Assembly: GCA_046563655.1 (NCBI GenBank)
Contig: CM102285.1
Location: 8,308,001 to 8,372,000, forward strand
DNA: 64,000 bases
Source of the DNA: Yuukianura sp. NJ FZ-2021
Lineage: Eukaryota
Reading direction: 5' to 3'
The notes below the pieces were generated by a model, which made no database searches, was not told where the DNA came from, and was given only the letters and a program-made list of their open reading frames with translations. Made by a program: the position numbers and the translations under genes. Below are positions 56,921 through 64,000 of the stretch, piece by piece. Position 1 is the first letter of the stretch. Each line of letters opens with the position of its first letter.

Positions 56921-58683
56921 TCATTGTGCGTGTTCTAAATTTTCATTTCCCGATACGATTTCGTCTGTCAATGGGACCACGATTTCTTTGTTTTCTGCTA
57001 CAATTGGTTCCGCTGGAACATTATTTCGATGGAATGGATACTCTAGATGGTTTTCAGCTCTGTAAAAATTTAAAGAGGTCAAACTTCAAGTAAAAACTTC
57101 AGATTCACTTAAAATTTTTACATTTCTCATCAGCCAAACAGCAAATGCGGATGTTAAGTTTGTCATACCCTTTAAAAAATGCCATCGTGAAGCTTCTTGC
57201 CTTTTCGCCTTGGTCAAGTTTTCGTAAATTTTGCATTTCAGATTCATCCAGGTCAAAGTCGAATACCTTTCGTGCCAATGATTTAAAAAAAAAACTAAAT
57301 TCCAAGTGTTTTTCTTCAAAAATTAGGTTCAAATATTCCAAAACTTTTGCAAGTGGCGTTAAACTTAGGATTACCTCAATGTTTTGCTTTTGTTGTTCAC
57401 GAAGCGTCGTTTTTGGAATACATATAACGTCTTGTTGAATTAGAAATCGAAGAAGTATTTGAGCTGGTACTTTGGAATGCTTCTTAGCAATTGCCAGTAC
57501 TTCTGGATCCGTCAAAATCTCTGGACATACGAGTTCTCTTAAAAAGTTATGTTACATTAGTCTTTTTAAATTAAGGTTTAAACAAGAATTCCATCTTTCA
57601 CTTACGCAGTCGATCTCCCAATCTTTTCAAAGAACGTTTTTCTACCTGGACTGTGGAAAACGTATTTTTTTAAATAACAAAGTTGAAACAACTTTTAAAA
57701 GTTTTATATTTTTTAACTCATTGCTTTACATGCATTTCGTACATGTGCCAAAAACTCACCTTCCAAGATTTCCATATCCAACGACTGCAATATTCAGCGT
57801 TTTGCAGAGACTGACCAGTTCAGGCTGTTGCAAATAAGCATTCAGTTCCACCTGGTGTAACAGTATTAAGTTTTTGAATTATTAAAAATTCATTTTGATT
57901 TTGAATTTGGTTCAAAATGGTTCGTGTTAACCTGTAACACGCTTGGTTTTATCTTAGCAAAGTCCCACACGCGCTGGACTTGCGCTGCATTGAAGTTGGA
58001 GAGCCCTATGACCTTTGCTCTTCCGGCCTCAACTTGCTTCTCCATCGCTTCCCAAATGGACTTCAGATCTGTCTGATGATCAATAAGTGTCTGGCCATCG
58101 TCACCTTTCGGAGCAGTGTCATGATCATTGACATATTGAAATCCAACAGGGAAATGAATCAAGTACGTGTCAACATAGTCCAATCCAAGGGCCGCAAGTG
58201 ACAACTTCAGAAAATGTTCCACTCGACTATTCTCCATTCCAATTTGAGGAAGCTGAGCAAGTTAATTTAAACTATTATTGATTTGGTAAATGCAAATGAA
58301 AGAATGAAACTAATGAAGATGCTTGTAGAATTGCAGTTTGACCTTTGTGCTGATGTACATGTCTTCTCTCTTGACTTTCCCCGCAGTGAAGCATTTTTTA
58401 AGTACTTCTCCAAGCTGTGCCTCATTCTTGTAGGTGTAAGCAATGTCAAAATGGCGATAGCCTAGGTCCACAGCAGATTCGACTGCTGCTTCAAATTCGG
58501 CTGGATCCTCAACCTACACTTAAATATTTATCAGATAAAAAATGCCAAACAGCAATTTTCTTAATTACATTTTGTTAAATAGTTTTCAGTACTTTTGGCA
58601 GTGCTAATTCTGCACATTACCTGCCATAATCCCAACCCAACTTGTGGTATTTCGAGGCCACCGTACGTCTTGACATACCTCAT
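56921..58683 (-). CDS. Aldo-keto reductase (AKR1-like, multi-exon)
   Basis: IPQVGLGLWQ, GYRHFDIAYTYKNE, REDMYISTK, LDYVDTYLIHFP, IGLSNFN, PAQILLRF..IPKT, EYPF; catalytic D/Y/K/H present. Confidence 0.93.
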
Positions 58684-59655
58684 CTTGGACGATTTTGCCT
58701 GGCTTGCTTTTTTTAAACGTTAGTAATTTAAGGTGCTCACTGAAATTGCAACTTTTTCAAGCTTCTGTGCCGGTTTCTGCTAATGCAATGTTATAGTTTG
58801 TCTATTTTTAGAAGGCGGGTTTGTTTCGTTGATTTTTTCGCTTCCATTGCGACGCTTATGGCAAAACTCAGTTTTTGAAAAACACTTTCTCCATTAGGTT
58901 TGTATACAAAATTTCACAAAATTGATAATTTCTATGTTAACGGTCCATAAGGCGACTGAAATTTTTTCAAATTTGAAAACCGCCTTCTAAAAATAGACAA
59001 ACTATAGCTTCTGGATTGACTTAACCAGATCGTCAATATCACAAATGTCAATAATTTGAAATTGAAAGTGAATTTGAACTCGGTGAACTTATAATCTGGA
59101 ACAAGTGTGAAAGACGCGCATTGCATCGGGGTCACTTTGTTAACTTATATTTTCTTTGTTCACGTGAGTTGTGGCAAAGAGGCAGAGGTCATAATCAGCT
59201 TGTCGCTTCACTTGGAATTGACGCTCCATCAATCCACTTTACTATTTATATTATATCAAAATTTTGTTTGCAAAAGATAAAACGAAAATAGTTTTGTTTT
59301 CTATGTGAAGACAATAAGAACACAGATGAGGATTCGAGGATGAATGTAGTAAGTAACTTAAAAGTTGATCTTACAAGAAGCGGAATGGAAGGGGCATCTA
59401 ACGCTATTGTGATGGAATTAAAAAATCAGGAAGCGCTAACAAAATTTTTGCTATGTTTAGGTTCAAAGTATTTATTTTAGTGTTTGGTTAGTCAAGATAG
59501 AAAAGTCTAAACTGAATTTCGATTTCACTTGTTCAAAACTTTATCATCAAACAGTCAGTTTATAAACTCGTATTTAGGTAAGCCGGTGAGCGTCTGTCTG
59601 CCTTAACATTGAAATTGCAAGCAATGTATTTAATTCCTTGCAGGATACAGTTGGC

Positions 59656-62600
59656 ATGAGTGATGATGAACGTAGTATTGATGAAGACGTGCAAATTTTC
59701 AATCCAGTGGACAAGGTCACGTCCGAGGTCAATAATTTTCTGGTAGTTGAATCCCACCTCAAACCGCTTCATAATCCTGAAAGTAAGTGTTTGAATTAAT
59801 TCTAAAGAACTTGCTAATCTCTAGCTCATGAAAATATGCGCTGTGAGCGCCAGCTAAAACCATACACCAATATTTCGTTTCCGTAGAAACGAGTTGAAAA
59901 TTAGGTAAACATGACGGGAAAGGTAACTCAGAATGTGAATCTTCAGATACATTCTTATGGCGAAATTTTTGCAAATCGCGTAATTTCACATGTTTTCCCT
60001 CCACAGTTGCAAAACTAAACAATTCTTGGTGTATGGTTTTAGCTGGCGCTCACTATATTTATATTGTTTCTTAGACGTCGTGGCGAAATTGCACTTTACG
60101 TTTCCCACAAACGATGTGCTAAACGTAATGCCTCTGAAAGGTGATTTCGAACCACAATCACTTGAAAAAAAACTGAAAGTGGACGCTGACGGCGACATTG
60201 AAGTACCAAGGTTGTCGCACATAAGTTCAAGGCATGGAGAAGAAAAGCATTCAATGGAGGGTTCAATTTTTATTGGTACCGTATTTTCGCGTCGATAATA
60301 CGCGGATTATCTATGAAATTTGAAGGAATTTTGGCGAGAATTTTTTTAATTTTGAAATGAAAGAAAATTTTCACTATGTAATGGTGGTTTAACTACTAAA
60401 CCTAAACTAAAACGAGATTATTCTAACGCCAACTCATCGAATCCGTCGAACAAGTCTCCCAACATATCATCGTCCGTGTCTTCGTCTATTTCCATCGGTT
60501 CTTCGTGTTCCCCGGATGAGTTAGGCTCATCATCATCCTCGTCGGTGTCTTCTAAATCAGCATCAACATTGTAGGTGTGGAGTCCTCCTTTCTTAAATCC
60601 ATTTTGAATTACCGGAATGGTGATATCCTTCCAAGCTTTCACAATCCATTCACAGACTGTTGCGAAAGTAGCTTTCCTACGGTTTCCCCCTTTCGTCATG
60701 GACACTTTTGTAGAATCTAGCATCCAGTCATCCCAGAAGACCCGTAATTTGCCTTTAAAGGATTTGTTCACCGAAAGGTCAAGTGGCTGCAAAAACTTGG
60801 TTAATCCCCCTGGAATTACCGCAAGCTCAGTGTGGCGCTGAACAACTTCCTTGACTTCTGGGGTCAAATGTGCGGTGCAGGCATCATAGATGAGAAGTGA
60901 CTCAACTTTTGCCGGTTTTTTAAAAAAAGCAGACTTCCGTTTGTTGAATACATTGGCCATCCAATCTTCCATTATCTCTGTATTTACCCAGCCCTTTTCA
61001 TTTGCACGAACCAAGATGCCAGCCGGAAAAATTTCCTTTGGAATTGTCTTCCTTTTAAAAATCACCATGGGTATCAACTTCTCTCCTTCAGCACTCACAG
61101 CCAAGATGACAGTAAAACTTTTCTTTTCAGAGCCTGTGGTAACCATGGTAACATCTTTCTGGCCAGTTTCTGCTATAGTTCTTGTCCCTGGCAAGTCAAA
61201 CTGGCACGGGACTTCGTCCATATTAAACATATTTTTTGGAGAGATTGACCCGAGAGCTTTTTTTTCTGCCACGTACGCCCGAAAAATCTCCAGCTTTTCT
61301 AACCAATCCTCCGGAAGTGGCTGACCAACCGAAGTTCTGCATCGAATTGAAAACTTGTTTCTTTTCATGAATCTGTCGTACCAACCATCACTAGCGGAAA
61401 AATCCGTAATTCCTTTCAGTTGTGCCAACGCCCTGGCGTGGAGTCTGAAAATGTACATTTCAAAAGTTTAAATAAGGATTGGTTAGCGTTGATTTTAAAT
61501 TTGAAAGAGTCCCGTACCTTACGGAAGTCCCTGTCACCCGGGCTTTCAGGTTACGTGTATCCCGAATCCATCTGCTCAATTCACGTTCCAAATCCGGCCA
61601 TTTTGGGAGTTTTTTCCGAAGCGATCTGCGTTTTTTCTTCATTTTGGAAAGAGTCAACTCACTTTTTCTCCACAACCGGACGTTTGCTTTGCTTATTGAA
61701 AATTCCCGAGCAGCGCTACGATTACCAATTAATGCAGCTCTACGACAAACTAGAAGCTTGAACTCGGCGGTGTACGATTTTCGTGACACCTTTTGTTTAG
61801 GATCCATGGTTGGTTAAGGTCAAAAGTATAAAGTAACCGGTACAATAAAGTCTACAAAAGAAGAGTTTCCAGAATAATGAATTATACCTTAGGTTAGGTT
61901 ATACCTATACCCAGTAACTTCGATTAGGAAGCTTAAAACGCGCTGTTCCCGCCCAAACCCAGTTTTAGTAAGTTTTGAGACTGCGTACTATACACGGGAG
62001 CGTATTATAGACGCGAAAATACGGTAATTTTACCAGCGATTGTCACTGATGCTGACACGTTTTCTTTCTGACGAGTTGATTTATTTCAGAATACATGAAT
62101 TCGACAACACTCAATTTAGTAGCACACCAGATATGGCGTGGAGCGTTTGTGTTGTCGGACTTTATTCTGGCGCATGCGCAGGAATATTTTCAAGAAAAGA
62201 ATGTACTGGAATTAGGCAGCGGTACTGGATTCTCTGGCATGGTGGCTTCACTGGTCGCTTCAAAAGTTACTCTCACTGGTCAGTTGCGCTATTCAAAAAA
62301 ATCTCATTACTCGATCCTCATTGAAAAATTTTACTTGCAGATCTTGACGATCCGGACATCTTGGGACTGATTGAGGCTAACTTACAACATAACAAATCGT
62401 TGATTCGATCAGAAGTAATTCTAAAGCCATTGGATTTTTTAAACCTGTCATGGTCACCAGAACTGGAAGAGACAGTGGCCAATGCAGACTTGATCATTGC
62501 AGCGGATGGTATAGGATGAAACAGTTCTTGTAATTTTTTTTTTGTGCATCAAGTTGTAATTACTCAGCTCTTAAAATTTTGCAGTTGTCTATCATGATAA

Positions 62601-63039
62601 AATTACGGATGGATTCGTCCGAACCCTGCAAAAGTGTTTCAACACTGGAAAACCCAAGACTGCGTTCATTGCTTTAGAAAAGAGGTCGGCAGTATTTCAT
62701 GTTTTGATCGTTATTTTTGAATTTAATTTTTTCGAGTCACAAAGTGTCTACAATGTATCAAATGTTGTCCTTGTTTCCAGATATGTGTTTACCCTGTCGG
62801 ATTTAGACGTGGTAGCACCCGCTTATGACTATTTCATAAAGCAAATGGAAGTTGTGTTCGGGATTAGCCTTGAAGATGCCAGAGTAGAAGAAAATGAAGC
62901 TGGAGGAGGTCAAAGGTCAATCACAGAATCCGGAGGGAAGAAGTTTCATTGGGAAACAATTGACTTAACTCAATATCCGATTTACTTTAACTACGAACCA
63001 AGTAAGGATCTCGTTCTCTGGAAAATAGAATCTGAATGA
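59656..63039 (+). CDS. METTL22: Methyltransferase-like protein 22 (multi-exon, pogo element in intron 2)
   Basis: VTSEV, DADGDIEVPR, I(E)YMNSTTLNLVAHQIWRGAFVLSDF, VLELGSGTG, IIAADVVY, ALEKRYVFTL, FNYEPSKDLVLWKI. Confidence 0.9.
59843..60053. mobile_element. Short MITE in METTL22 intron 1
   Basis: 28-bp perfect inverted repeat GTGAGCGCCAGCTAAAACCATACACCAA ... TTGGTGTATGGTTTTAGCTGGCGCTCAC; TSD not clear. Confidence 0.8.
60279..62024 (-). mobile_element. pogo-superfamily DNA transposon, full length
   Basis: 25-bp TIR CCGTATTTTCGCGTC(G/T)ATAATACGC with one mismatch, TA duplication at 60277-78 and 62025-26, transposase inside. Confidence 0.96.
60418..61807 (-). CDS. pogo transposase (Brinker-like DBD, CENP-B-type HTH, DDE_1 domain), 2 exons, ~438 aa
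   Basis: Exons 61807-61518 and 61444-60418 joined by a 73-bp GT-AG intron; RKSYTAEFKL, FSASDGWYDRFMKR, NMDEVP, LIYDACTAH, LQPLDLSVNKSFK; acidic tail. Confidence 0.93.
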
Positions 63040-64000
63040 CTATACTGACTCAAATAACTATCAAAAATTGAATCATATGTCAGTTTCTTTGTATACATAA
63101 GTTATAAAAGTATATTAACATAGTTAACTTTTTTTTCGCATACTCTGTTGAAATTTCACTTAACGAAGAAAAATAAAATTATCCACTTAGCTTTGTGGGC
63201 TAACAACTTCAATTTCTAGTTTTGCCGATTGTTTTCGTTCAATTTCCAATGAGTATTCCTACAGCATCGGAAACCTTGCTTATTTTTAAAACTGAAGAAA
63301 ACGACTCCAACTAGGTGTTACTTTAGATAAAATGATTGTGTTGAGCGAATTTGATTTTATTAGTTCAAATTCGTTCTACCAAACTTCGTACTTATGAATT
63401 TGACGTAATTGCAAACATCAATCGGTCTATTTCGCTACCCCTAATATTTATAATCTCTCACAACCGAACGAGGGTAAGCTGGACATTATGTTTTCACCAA
63501 CGCTAATGTTACTAATATCTAGTTAATAAGTTATTTACTTTTAACCGCACGAATTCTATTAGTAAACAGACTTTTTCAATTTATAAAATTGCAAAATTCC
63601 CTCTCGGTAAAAACGATTAACGATCAGTACACTAGTAATCAATTTACCAATACCCTCCCAATAACACGTAAATAAATTATAGAAAAATGCGTTTGGTCCA
63701 AGCATTGAACTTTTTCTAAATCCAAAGATTCATAAAGTTTTGCCTACCCTTGATTGCACCAATTACTTAGGAAAATTTCGCTGGCTAGCTGACATAAAAC
63801 TTAACAAATCCGACTTGGAAACAACAAAGCCATTTTGTACAAACCGGAGTTAGCTAACTAACTCATTAATAATTAAACTGCTAATGTTATTGCAACAGAA
63901 TAAGCAGAAACAGTTATCCGAATCAAACTTAATATTGCTATCAACGGTTAAAACTCGTATTCGAATAATTTCGCTATTTGGTTATTGTCTTCCACCTCTT

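Noticed and set aside
59560..60022. Minus-strand ORFs of 62-87 aa
   Set aside because: Antisense to METTL22 exon 1 and the intronic MITE.
60617..61817. Plus-strand ORFs of 74-144 aa
   Set aside because: Shadow frames antisense to the pogo transposase.
63040..64000. Terminal AT-rich region
   Set aside because: No ORF, repeat or RNA-gene signature recognised.

Overview
This is a gene-dense eukaryotic window with short GT-AG introns, from an arthropod (plausibly a springtail or other hexapod; taxon is inference only). Conserved genes in order: MRPL15 (5' end), GCLC, CSE1L/exportin-2, NUDT19, thioredoxin reductase ending in Gly-Cys-Cys-Gly (no Sec), cortactin, MRPL28, SMIM20, ING1/2, an ARMC6-like protein, a KIAA0930 homolog, an aldo-keto reductase and METTL22. 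An accessory block at ~16-38 kb holds an intronless divergent ionotropic receptor, a secreted Ig/LDLa/chitin-binding protein, orphan spliced exons, a solo LTR, a MITE, and a tandem pair (plus a relic third 3' end) of genes encoding a LabA/DUF88-type NYN (PIN-fold) RNase domain fused to CCCH-CCCH-CCHC zinc fingers. That pair is the best candidate for an undescribed system. Other notable items: an apparently intact pogo transposon inserted inside a METTL22 splice donor, a likely dicistronic SMIM20-ING transcript, and several MITEs with target-site duplications and shared internal motifs. Exon boundaries were read by eye and no database searches were run.
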